A stretch of DNA of 64,000 bases from a virus. The number at the start of each line of letters is the position of its first letter. Positions within the stretch are counted from its first letter, which is position 1. Both the position numbers and the translations under genes were made by a program. The stretch is taken from positions 32,001 through 96,000 of the IMG/VR virus record IMGVR_UViG_3300037418_002133. The stretch is one strand, 5' to 3'. The notes beneath the pieces were generated by a model. That model was not told the origin of the DNA and made no database searches. It was given only the letters and a program-made list of their open reading frames with translations. Below, in pieces: positions 30,046 through 40,451 of the stretch.

Positions 30046-30380
30046 ACGCGTGACATAGTCGAAAGTCTATAGACGAAAGTTTATTAGACTTTCGACTGTG
30101 ACATTTAAGCCTCACTGTTGCTCTGAAGCCACTGTGGTATGCCCGCCACAGTGGCATTTTTGCCACAGGCGAACCCCATGGGGAGGGTAAGGCAGACCTG
30201 AAATCCCAAGGATTTCAAGCGGTCTGCCGATCCCATGGATCCCACCGGTTCCTAATCCCATACCTAGTGACCGGTTCCCATGCCCATCCATGGCGATCGG
30301 TTCCGGACGCCAAAACCCATGGCAGGCTTCCTTGCCGGACAGGGCACCCATAGCAGGCGCCCTCTCCTTTTGGCTGCTGG

Positions 30381-30548
30381 CTACTCCTCGGCTGTGCCAG
30401 GCACCATCCACACCGACGAGGAAGCCCCGTAGACGTCAGTACGACGAGCGAACATCGACGACATGCGAGCGATTTCCATGAGCTTGTTTATGCATCCGAA
30501 GCGCATAAGCCCAAACGTATTCAACTTGGGCTGATAGAGGATGATCAT
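30381..30548 (-). CDS. Small hypothetical protein
   Basis: GAGGA RBS before ATG 30548. Confidence 0.45.
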   Translation of the reverse strand: MIILYQPKLNTFGLMRFGCINKLMEIARMSSMFARRTDVYGASSSVWMVPGTAEE

Positions 30549-30629
30549 GGTGTTTTCCTCAGATGAAGAAGGCGGCGATGATGAAGGCCCCAACGATCAT
30601 GATGGGGTAGCTGATGAACTCGTCGAGCA

Positions 30630-30866
30630 TCACTGGAACTCCACCGGTACGAAGCCGAGGCTGCGGCTGGCGTTCTCCAGGTGCGACCGGGCGATGTCGA
30701 GGGAATATATTCCGCTCTCGTCCTTGGAGATTTGCTTCACCGCAGCGTTGAGCCAGGTCAGGGCGTAGCGCAGGTGTTCCTCAGCGTCGGTATCGGCGAA
30801 GCGACCGATAGCGTTCAGGACGCTCATACGGGCGCGATTGACGAGTGCGAGGCGCTTGCTTCTCAT
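30630..30866 (-). CDS. Hypothetical early protein
   Basis: GGAG RBS and CC-N9-CC promoter upstream. Confidence 0.6.
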   Translation of the reverse strand: MRSKRLALVNRARMSVLNAIGRFADTDAEEHLRYALTWLNAAVKQISKDESGIYSLDIARSHLENASRSLGFVPVEFQ

Positions 30867-31123
30867 TTTCGATCTCCGTGTTTGCTCAACACAAAGATCG
30901 TCGCATATCGCCTTGTGGGATGCGGTCGGGCGTATAAGGCGAGTTTATACGGCCTGGCGTTTACGGACCGGCCTGGCGATGGAAGACGGCCTGGCCGAGG
31001 ATGACCGGACCGGCCTGAAGCCCATGGAGCGCCATGCCTGCCCATGGAGGACCGAGGGATCTCTAAGGGCGCGTAAAACCCTATAGATATATAAATATAT
31101 CTATAGGGTTGGGATGCGAACGG

Positions 31124-31390
31124 CTACGCGAGGCAAAGCTCGCTGGACTGACGGGCTGCTTCTTCGATGCACAGCGCGACGAGGTGCTGGGCGTTGAAGG
31201 CTTTCTCGTGGAGCATCGCTTCGTTGATCGCGGGATCGATCTTGCTGATGGTCATTTCGTTGGTGTCGTAGTTGTAGGACGACGTGAACAGCACGGTATC
31301 TTTGTAGATCGCGCTGAAGGCGCATTCGGGGTTCATCGGGTGCGCGTCGTTGGAAAGCTCGATCTTGATGGTCTTGAGGGTGCTTTGCAT
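31124..31390 (-). CDS. Hypothetical early protein lacking Gly and Trp
   Basis: Promoter motif upstream; GAGAG RBS. Confidence 0.65.
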   Translation of the reverse strand: MQSTLKTIKIELSNDAHPMNPECAFSAIYKDTVLFTSSYNYDTNEMTISKIDPAINEAMLHEKAFNAQHLVALCIEEAARQSSELCLA

Positions 31391-31453
31391 GTTAGCTCTC
31401 GTTTGTGTGAACGTGAGAACTATCTCACGTTCACTTTTGGGATGCGAACGGGC

Positions 31454-31744
31454 TCAGACGGTCATGTCGAAGGAGATCTTCATGGTCTCGTCGACGATCA
31501 GCTTGCGGAGGGTTTCACTGGAGTTGCAGCGGTAGTAGACGCTGTCTCCCGCAGCAGCTTGCGCGTCGTTGGGATCGAACTCGCTGTCATGGAGCTGCGT
31601 GACGCGCACAGCGAAGCATTTGGTGTCGTCTTTGGCGATCGCGCACGCTTCGATGACGGTCCTTTGGTTCATGACGGAGAAGAAGCGCTCGCCTAAGTCT
31701 TGCGACATGAGGGAATCGAAAGTGGTTTTGTCGATCTGGTGCAT
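31454..31744 (-). CDS. Hypothetical early protein
   Basis: Start MHQIDK at 31744, downstream of operator and TATACT. Confidence 0.65.
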   Translation of the reverse strand: MHQIDKTTFDSLMSQDLGERFFSVMNQRTVIEACAIAKDDTKCFAVRVTQLHDSEFDPNDAQAAAGDSVYYRCNSSETLRKLIVDETMKISFDMTV

Positions 31745-32042
31745 GTTTTGCTCTCGCTGTGAAAATAAGTCAGTTCTGACATACGACAGTATAGCTAGGA
31801 ATGCGAGCGGCGGCTCGTGGTGCGTCCGTTGGGGTATCGAGCTGGGTCTGTAGCTTAGGAGCGCTAAGGACGCACCATGGGGCTTCCCTAGCGATTTCCC
31901 ATGGGAAGCCATGGTTCGCCTCGGGACACCACGGCCGCGCCCTCTCCAAAAATCCGCCTTGGTTCGCCAATCGGTCGGTCCCATGGACCCCACCGGTTCC
32001 AGATACCAAGGATGCCCCATGGTTCACAATTCGCCACAACGA

Positions 32043-32062
32043 AGGGGAGCCGAAGCTCCCCT
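32043..32062 (-). terminator. Hairpin terminator
   Basis: AGGGGAGC-TTCG-GCTCCCCT just after stop at 32079. Confidence 0.7.
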
Positions 32063-32078
32063 CGCTGTCTCGTTCGCC

Positions 32079-32888
32079 TTACGCTGCCTTCGCGAGCACC
32101 GCTTCGAGCTTGGCGACCGCAGGGTGATCGGTCAGCTCGAACGTCGGGTTCTTGTGCGACCCCGAGCGCTTGACGATCCCGAGCGTTTCGAGCGCCTGCA
32201 TCGTCGAGGAGGCTTGGGTCGGCGCCGTCGACGCTCCGACAGTGTGGCGGATCAGGATCGCCTTCACCGCGCCTTCGACGCGGATCTTGTCGGAGGCAGC
32301 GGCTTTCGCCAACTCGCCGGTGAACGTGATCCCAGCTTTGCGACAGGCGAACAGCGAGCGCATGATGGCGAAATTGATCTTGTTGGTGATTTCGCCACCA
32401 CTGAGACCGACGATCGCATCGGCGAGCTTGCCGAACGCGTAGACGTTGTAGCGCTTGCCATCGTGTACGCTGCGGTTGACGAACGCCTCGGTGACACCGC
32501 ACGCCAACAGCACCGCACCCGCTCGCGTCGAGGACAACTGGGCGCGCGCCTTCTTGAGCGTCTTCTGGATGTTGTCGTTGCCGTTCGCGAGTTCGAAGTC
32601 CGCACGCTCGTCGACGGCATTCGCCATCTTGACCGTCGCTTCGATTTTCGCCTCATCGCTGATGTTCGCCATCATGTCGTCGAAGCTCTGGATTTCGCCA
32701 TCGGCCTGGACTTCGAGGACCGGGTCGATATTCGCCTCATCCTCGATCAGCGCCTCATCGATCGCCTCAAGCTCGACGATTGCCTCGGCCGACGCCTCAT
32801 CGAGCATGTCGAGCGCCATGAACTGCACGGCGTTGCTGGTCTCGGTTTCGAGCGCGGCGATCTGAGTCTTCGTGGTCTTCTTTGCCAT
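32079..32888 (-). CDS. Protein with acidic N-terminus and putative winged-helix C-terminus
   Basis: D/E-rich first ~80 aa; STAPTQASSTMQALETLGIV helix followed by beta-wing-like segment. Confidence 0.75.
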   Translation of the reverse strand: MAKKTTKTQIAALETETSNAVQFMALDMLDEASAEAIVELEAIDEALIEDEANIDPVLEVQADGEIQSFDDMMANISDEAKIEATVKMANAVDERADFELANGNDNIQKTLKKARAQLSSTRAGAVLLACGVTEAFVNRSVHDGKRYNVYAFGKLADAIVGLSGGEITNKINFAIMRSLFACRKAGITFTGELAKAAASDKIRVEGAVKAILIRHTVGASTAPTQASSTMQALETLGIVKRSGSHKNPTFELTDHPAVAKLEAVLAKAA

Positions 32889-33944
32889 TGTCGTTCTCTC
32901 GTTTCGTTGTCGTCGCGTCATTGCGACAATCGAACTATCTCAGAACGAGGCAAGGGAAGCGGTCGGCAAAACAGTAGGCGAATAGGCAAGGTGTAGGCGA
33001 AAATGGGTGAGGCGAACCGCGGGCCGGACCATGGATTTTCGCCACCTTTCCGCTAAGAGAATCTATCTACTAGATATATATCTTATATAGTGAAGAGACG
33101 GCTTTTTTCGCAGACACATTCCGGACGTCTAAAAGGTTCGCCATGGAGACTCAAGGGGCTCCGGTAGCGACTGATTTTACAGGGAATTCAGACCCCGGCC
33201 GTGGAATGCCATGGGAAGTTATGGCGAACCTCGGCGACGCCATGGGTGTGTAGGCGAAAAGCCCTTGGTTTATAGGCGAAAATCGTGGGGAGAGCATGAG
33301 GCGAATTGGAATGCCACGGCGCGCTCTCTAATCTACCTTCTTCACCTCCTCTATTCGTACCCTCTCCCTCTCTTCAGACCCCTCACCTCTTCACCACTGC
33401 TCTCTAGGCTCTCTCGCTCTGTAGGTTCTCTCTACGGTTCTTGAGAGTTTTAGGTTGAGGTCTTGGTGCTATTCGCTTTGGTGCTGGCTCTGACCGTTCC
33501 CTTTGTTTGATATATCGGTTGAGGTCTCTCTACCGGTTCCTGAAAAGTTGATGGTTGTTGTTCTGCTGGTTTTGGGGATTGTTGACCCTCGTGTTCTGCT
33601 CTCTGAAAATTTTGCTTTGGGGTCTCTCTTGGGGAGTGCTGATTTTGGGTTCTGAAATCGCTTGTTTTGCTGGGAAAGTTGAGTGTCAACCTTTTGCATT
33701 TTCGAGGTGGGGTTGACGAAACGTTGACAAAAAGTAAACCAGAACTGACTTATACGGTAATCTGGTAGTGATATCGGGATTTGGGAGGTTTACTTCTGGT
33801 TCACATGTAAACCATTTTGAGAGCTGGAATTGGTATTGGTTTGAGAAAATCAGGGATTTTTGACGGGTTTTCAGCCGTTTGGTTTAGATCTTGGTTTACA
33901 TGGTTGACAAACCATGGGGCCGGAATGGTCTGAAAGAGGGGCGT

Positions 33945-36900
33945 TTAAGCCCTCTCCTCTACCTTAATATCAGCCCTTGGCCTTGGCGTCGTCATAGCCG
34001 CGGTTGTAGTGAGCCTTCTGCTCGTCGGTCCAGTGGCCCCAGGGGCTCCTTGCCCAGCCGTAGGCGTGGTGTGTCTGGCCGAGGCGATAGCAGTCCTGGT
34101 CGGTCGGGTTGTCCTGGATCCGACGGTCGTTCTCGGCGTAGTTGATTTCAGCCATAGTGAACTCCTCACCCCCTTTCTAGCAGACATCGGCTCGATCGCG
34201 AAGCCGTCCGAGATTATCTGGGTCGTGGTCTCGACGATTTGGATGCCCGCCTCGTTGAGATCGCCATCATAAGCTGCGCCACCTCCACCAGGATCAAGAA
34301 GAGACGTTAGCGCATCCTCGACGTGTTCGACGACATAGGTGCGATCTTCGGTGCAGTCGCGCATGTGTTCGGTTGCGACCTTGAGGAGCTTCTTCTCGTC
34401 GAAGACCTCGATCTCCATTTCCAGGCGGTAGGTCTTTTTGGTCATGTGTCGTTCTCCATCAGTACCTTGGTGACCAGCGCTGTTAAGGCCAGGATCCCGA
34501 GGATGGCGCCGGCGTGCGTTATGACGATCATCTAGCCCTCACAGCGACGGCGCTTTCCGATGTCAGGTCTGGATCGAAATTCCACATCGAATTGACGTGG
34601 GTGAGAAACTCACGGCAAGCAGCTTCATCGGGCAAACGATAGTGGCTTGAGATACCGTTGAGGTGGCGCATATCTTTCGGCTCCATAACGGTATCGTCAG
34701 GAAGAAGGGTGATTTCGCCGAGGTGATATTTCTGTCCGTCTCCTCGTTCGCAGGCGAGGATTTGGACAAAATAGCGTCGGTTCACGAGCGCCTGATAGCG
34801 CTCGCAACAATCACAGTCGAGGTCGGCCGGGTTTGCGGTGAAATATCGGGAGATATTCATGTCAGCTTACTCCGATCGCGATTTCTTCGATGTTGTCCAT
34901 CCGGATCCAGGTGTCAGGTGTATCGTCGTCCTCGATCCTCAACAGTAGCCATTCCTCGCTGTGTGCGACGACCGTGGCGCCGTTGAAGGTTCGGCCGGAT
35001 TTGAGGATGAGGACATCGAGCCAGTAAGCCGTGCCCGCTTCGTCGAGCGTGGTCATCCTGGCGTTTGGTGATGCTTGGGTCATCTTTCCCTTACTCCGCG
35101 ATCATATCGGGCTCGAAATCGCCGATATAGGCGAACGAGATTGTGTGGGAATGAATATCGAGATGACAGTCGATGTAGACCTCGCCCTCGACGTCCCAGC
35201 CGCGCACCTGAAGCACGTCGAGACTGAACGCCGTGGGAAGTCGATCGTGGTTCGGCATCGATTCGATCAGCGCCAGAAGACCGTCGACTCTCGCCTTGTC
35301 CGTGATCTCCTCGTGATCGTAGTCGTAGTCTTCCGGGACGAATTGGTCGAAAAGGTTCTCGTAGTCGCCAAGAGTTCGCATTGTCAGATCACCCCTGCAT
35401 ATATTCGGAGACGGCGTCTTCCGCGCTCTCGACGCATTCGCGGATCGTGAGGAAGTGCTCTCCGAACTCCTTCATCATGTTCTTTCGAACGTCGCGCGCC
35501 ACGCGCAGAATGAGCTTTTGCTTGTCCGATTTAACCATTGCGACTCTCGCTCTCGTTGTGTTAGAGAGAATATCGCATATATTTCAATGGTTTACTACTG
35601 GCGATGCTATGTCCCAGTAGCTTTCCGCGCAAGGCCAGCTATATTCAGAACAGCAGGAGCGACGTTGATGGCGACGATGGTGACCGAGGTTTACGATGCG
35701 CTGAAATCCGCTGGCGTGGCGGAGGACAAGGCGCGTTCGGCTGCTGTCGCCATGGCGAACTATGAGCCGCGGTTTGCCGGCCTCGCCTCTGACCTGAACC
35801 TGGTGAAATGGATGGTCGGCTTCAATCTGGCGCTGACGGTCGCGGTGCTGTTCAAGCTGTTTCACTGACCTTGGTGCGGAGTTCTTCCAGCGCCTCGACA
35901 CCAATCTTGTTCAGTTTGCCATTCGCCGCGAGTTCGACCAGACGCAGTTCCTGAATCGTCAGATCATTGCCATCGTGAGACTTCTGAAGGATCTCGATGG
36001 CAAAATTCTGCTGAACAATGCGCTCCTCGATCCATTTGCTATCCGTAGGTAGGGAAAGACGCTCCCTTTCCTGTTGAGTAAAGCGGGTGGCGCTGGGAAA
36101 GCTCGTCCAGCCCAGTTCGTTCGACCAGAAACCATCGTCATCATCGGTCGCTTGAATCACCCAGGTCATAGTCCTCTCCCGATCGCCATCAGTTCGTCGA
36201 TGATGTTGTCCGTTTGTTGCCAGCCGATGGATTCGCGCCAATCAGGCCAGACGGTCGCGAACCATGTCCGCATCTGTCGTTGGTTTAAATCGCCTGGGTT
36301 GCCATGCTTGGCAACGAGGTTCTCGGCGATTTCGCGGCTCTCGGTCATGTCGCACCGCCAGTTTTGACGGTGACTGACAGAGCCGCCTCCAACTCCTTGC
36401 ACCGCTCCGCAAGCTGGCGCGGCGTCAGGCCGGTTTCATGGGCGACGGTGAAGGCTTCCGCGATCAGATTGGCATTCGCGACGGCTTCGCGCTGACTTAC
36501 AGCGGCATCCCATTCGTAAGGATAAAACCCACCTGGACGAACAATGGTCTTATCTTCATCGTCGACGGAATTGACGGATAACGGCCAACCGCTCCATTGA
36601 CCGCCATCATCACAGATAAAGACGCTGGCAGGCCCCTGCGTGAACATTCTGCGGCTTTCGGTCATTGCGATTGAGCCTTCTGATAGGCGTTCCAGGCGTC
36701 AACCGCGCGGCCGGTATCGCCTGCTTCATGCATCCAGTGACGACGTTCCTGATCGCTTAGATTGTTCCACCATTTCATCCCAGCCTCGTCGTTTGCGCGA
36801 TCTCGATCTGGCGTTTTACCAGACTTTAGAAACTCGTTGAGGTCGCGGCCGACGGACGTTTCACCGGGACACGGCGGTATGTCGCGCGGCGCCACTTCAT

Positions 36901-37042
36901 AGCTTGGTTCGCCATCGTAGGTGCATGAATAGAACTTCCAATCATGCCGACCCCACGAGCCGTCGTCCTGATAGCAATACAGGCTTCGACCGTCGCGATA
37001 GTAGACGCGACAGTTGCCGTTGTCTTCCGAGTCAAATTTCAC
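33945..37042 (-). other. Cluster of small co-oriented hypothetical early genes (e.g. 33970-34155, 34528-34860, 34862-35083, 35091-35381, 35852-36169, 36166-36348, 36345-36665, 36662-37042)
   Basis: Tightly packed, stop/start-coupled minus-strand ORFs with no recognisable motifs. Confidence 0.6.
35668..35868 (+). CDS. DUF1640/CCDC90-like small membrane-anchored protein
   Basis: YDALKSAGV.EDKA...LVKWMVG + TM helix; AGGAG RBS. Confidence 0.65.
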   Translation: MATMVTEVYDALKSAGVAEDKARSAAVAMANYEPRFAGLASDLNLVKWMVGFNLALTVAVLFKLFH

Positions 37043-37380
37043 GCCACGATCCTCCCCTTCTCCATCGCTTCCTTGGCGTAGGCGCTGATCGGCTTGTCGC
37101 CTTCGAACGATCGATCACGCTCGACTGGCAGACCCAGTTTACCGCGAATCTGAATAACCTCATTCATATCCACATAGCCCAGCTCGGGCTCGCCGTGACC
37201 AAGGTCGCAGAGACCGAACGCCATACCCGTCTCGTCGATATCGGTCAGGAGCCAGGTACATTGGGCGTCGGGCGTAAACAGCTTCACGACGGGGACGAAA
37301 TCGTGTTCGCCCTTTTCCATCGTTCCTCGATTGGCGAGGAGCTGGCGATAGTCCCTTTCGGTCAGAATCCGGAATCTCAT
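37039..37380 (-). CDS. DUF2958 family protein
   Basis: PVVKLFTPDAQCTWLLT..AFGLCDLG.GEPELGYV..LPVERD. Confidence 0.85.
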   Translation of the reverse strand: MRFRILTERDYRQLLANRGTMEKGEHDFVPVVKLFTPDAQCTWLLTDIDETGMAFGLCDLGHGEPELGYVDMNEVIQIRGKLGLPVERDRSFEGDKPISAYAKEAMEKGRIVA

Positions 37381-38211
37381 GCGAACCTCATCGTTTCGCG
37401 AATTTATGCGTCACTCTCGCACAACGCGCAACGGAATGCGGCTGGCAATCAGGTGGTTTCGTCGATCTCCACCTCTTCGAGCTTGGTTTCGTCCCCGCAG
37501 GTGTTGCAATAGGCGTGGTCATAGGTGTCTCGAAGCACCCAGCGTTGATCTTCCACGTCCCACTCCGCCCAGGCGTCACGAACCACATCCTCAGAGCGAC
37601 AGTCGCGACAGACGATGCGAATTTTCTTCGGTTTGTCGGTCATTGAATGTCCTTCTTGGGATACTTGGCGATAGAGTAGACGTCGACCTCGCGGAATTTC
37701 TCGTAGACCGCGGGCTCGTCCTTCAATTCCTGCATAAGATCACCCATGATCTCCGCGAGTTGCTGCGCGCCGCGGACGTCAGAGGTCGCGATGGCGATGT
37801 TGACCGGCCCCGCATGGGCTCGCAGGATCGGTTCGGCGTCATTGCCGATCTGCCGTGCGGTCCCGCCGAGGTCGATAACCGATTGGTCTTTGCGGAAAAT
37901 ACCGAGCCTCATCATTCCCAAATCTCCGATGATTGGATCTCGAAGCGCTCGTCGTCGGCACATTCGAAATAACGGTCGATCGCCGCGTCCTTATCTGTCG
38001 GGATCGGCTCATTGGCGTTTACGCGTCGGTTCCACCATTCCTTGATGTAGGCGAACACGGCGTTCACAGCGGCCGACCGGGATCGAAAGACCCGCGTGTC
38101 GTTGCCGTCCTGATGATCGATCCGCATGACCCAGACGCTCATTGTCGTTCTCCGTCTCGTGCGTTGTCACAAAGAACAGTCGCACGAGACGCTTAGGTTG
38201 TCGGTTGGCAG

Positions 38212-38640
38212 TTACTTGGCAGTCAGCGAAACCTTGCTTTTGCCAAAGTTGATGATGATTTGCTTGGCGCCGCGGTCGATGTAGTTCTTGATCGACTCGG
38301 CCCAGGGCAGCGTCTCGCCGAAATCGTCGCCACCGACAGCGTCGTGGGCGCGATCGTACCAATCCTTGTCGGTCTCGGGGTTGTACCCCTTCGCGTAGAC
38401 GACGTAGCGGGAGAAGTGCTCGTCTTTCGCCTTGGATGGATCCGCCGGGTCGCCAGGCGTTCCGTTTGACATCAGATACAGACCGCGATCCTTGACCAGA
38501 ATCACGGACGGACCTTTGGGCGCTTCGGTAATCGGATTGAAATCCTTGTCGTAATCAACGAGGACTTCGCTCTGTTTGTTGGCGATGGAGTGCTCGACGA
38601 CCCGCTTCAGCGCGGCAGCGTCGAAAACCAGCTTTGCCAT
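38212..38640 (-). CDS. DUF3085 family protein
   Basis: LVKDRGLYLMSN, YAKGYNP, GGDDFGE. Confidence 0.8.
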   Translation of the reverse strand: MAKLVFDAAALKRVVEHSIANKQSEVLVDYDKDFNPITEAPKGPSVILVKDRGLYLMSNGTPGDPADPSKAKDEHFSRYVVYAKGYNPETDKDWYDRAHDAVGGDDFGETLPWAESIKNYIDRGAKQIIINFGKSKVSLTAK

Positions 38641-40067
38641 GATCTGTTGTCTCCTGTTTGCGATGATTAATCGTCGCACAGTCGCGTCAGGATTGCGGTT
38701 GGGAGAGCGCTCTGGGCTTCAGGTAGACACGCACGCGATAGGCCGTGTTTTTTGCCTTCATCATGCCGGTCAACAGGCACTTCGATATAAACTTGCCGTG
38801 GACTGTGCATCCGTAGCCATTGTGATAACTATGGATATAACCGTCGGGCTCCCCTCGCCTGCCCATCGCCTCGTCGACCGTGAGCCAGACGTGACCTTCG
38901 AAGCACGACGGAATCGGATCGCCATTCGGGAAGAACGGCTTCTCATAGACCGTGGCGCGTTCGATGCCGGCCCAGACGTCCGATAGATCGTTCCAGTAGA
39001 GCCGCCCTTCCGGCGCCCGCTGGTTTGCCATGACGTAGCTCATGCCTCGTCTCCAGCCTGTATATTTTCCTCTACAAGATCCACGACCGGTTCCTCATCC
39101 AAGAACCCGTGAATTGTCATCGAAGGCGAAAGACTGACTTGTGGAAGATCTGGATCATCGCACTTCAAATCCGAGATCAGATCGCATCCGCCGGCATTGT
39201 CGACCTCGATATCGTCAAACTGGATTGTCTTGGCTAGTTCGATCGCTTCCGCTTTTGAGTTCGCCTTGATGTAGGCGGTCGCAACAACCTCGATGTCGAT
39301 GGAGTAAAGGTTCATGTTGAATGCTCCTGCGAAATTTGAATAAGAGTTGCACGACGCGCACTGGATAGCTTCCGGCGGCGTCAGGGTGTTGCGAGCGTTT
39401 CTAAGCGTCACAGAGCGTCGGGTTTGAGAGCGTGTCTCTTCACACAGCGAGACGACGCAAACGCATAGAAACGCAAACCTGAGCGTCTACGCAGCGCTCC
39501 CGTCGCTCTTTCGCTCGTGAAGTAGTTCGAGAAACTGCGGAAGGTCGGATTTCTTGCCGTCGGGCAGCGGTTTGAACCCCACGGAAATGCTGACCAGGGT
39601 GTCGATCGGTGTCATCAGCCAGGTGTTGTCGATGGTGTTGCGCCCGTAGATGTCCGTCGGTGTAACCCGCACCGAGTCGATGCGGAAAACGCTGCCGTTC
39701 TCCAGGTTCAGATCGATGAAGGAAATTGCGTCTTGGTTCTCAGGATTGAGAAGGTGGAGCGCGCTAATCAGATTGCGAAACCCCTGCCTCATGGCGTCGT
39801 CACCCGCTCGACGTGCTTGGGATCCGAGGCGATCAAGGCGGCGCCGACGCACCGCATCATACTGCGTCGGTCGATCGGCCGCATATCGCTCCAAGCCGGC
39901 ACAGGATTGACCCGGTCTGGCGTCCGCCGGGTGAACTCACGGCGTAATTCGCGGACAAAGGCTTCGGTTGAGACGGCGAGCGTCGTTGCATCAGGAGTCG
40001 GCATGTTACCTCATAAGTCAGAACTGACTTAATTATCGTGCGAAAACAAACGGTTGTCGAATGGTGT

Positions 40068-40451
40068 TCAGTTAACTTCCAGATGTTCCATCACCCGTTT
40101 GACAGTCACGGCGAACCAGACGCCACGACCGGATGGTGTCTCAACCTGATGTTCGTTGAGGTACTTGGCGATGTCGCGCAGACCGGTTCGCCCTTGGGCC
40201 TTGGCCTCGGCGATGACCGGCGCAATCTCGTTGCGAAACTTGACGGCTTTCAATTGCCGGACACGAACGGCGTCCTCACGCATCTTGTCCATGTCCGGAT
40301 TGCCGTATTCCGCTGCAAGCGCGACCTTGGCCTGCTCTTTCAAATTCGACAAGGCCGCGGCAATCCCCTCGCCGGCCGGATCCAGGTCGATCACGGCCTG
40401 GGCCAGTTTCTTGAGGAGCTGTACGCGGCTCTCGTTGGACTTCTTGGGCAT
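40068..40451 (-). CDS. Recombinase-type DNA-binding domain protein (no catalytic domain)
   Basis: LRDIAKYLNE..V.TPSGRG.W...TVKRV. Confidence 0.65.
   Translation of the reverse strand: MPKKSNESRVQLLKKLAQAVIDLDPAGEGIAAALSNLKEQAKVALAAEYGNPDMDKMREDAVRVRQLKAVKFRNEIAPVIAEAKAQGRTGLRDIAKYLNEHQVETPSGRGVWFAVTVKRVMEHLEVN

Noticed and set aside
28889-30109. Island as a simple low-GC horizontally acquired insert
   Set aside because: G and C remain abundant as CG/GC, only GG/CC are missing, and the gene is a paralogue of a resident gene
31077-31110. Protelomerase telRL site
   Set aside because: No protelomerase gene in the window; cannot be supported
33450-33699. Short ORFs in the skewed region
   Set aside because: Low-complexity translations without a convincing RBS
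40068-40451. Serine integrase
   Set aside because: Too short and lacks the catalytic domain
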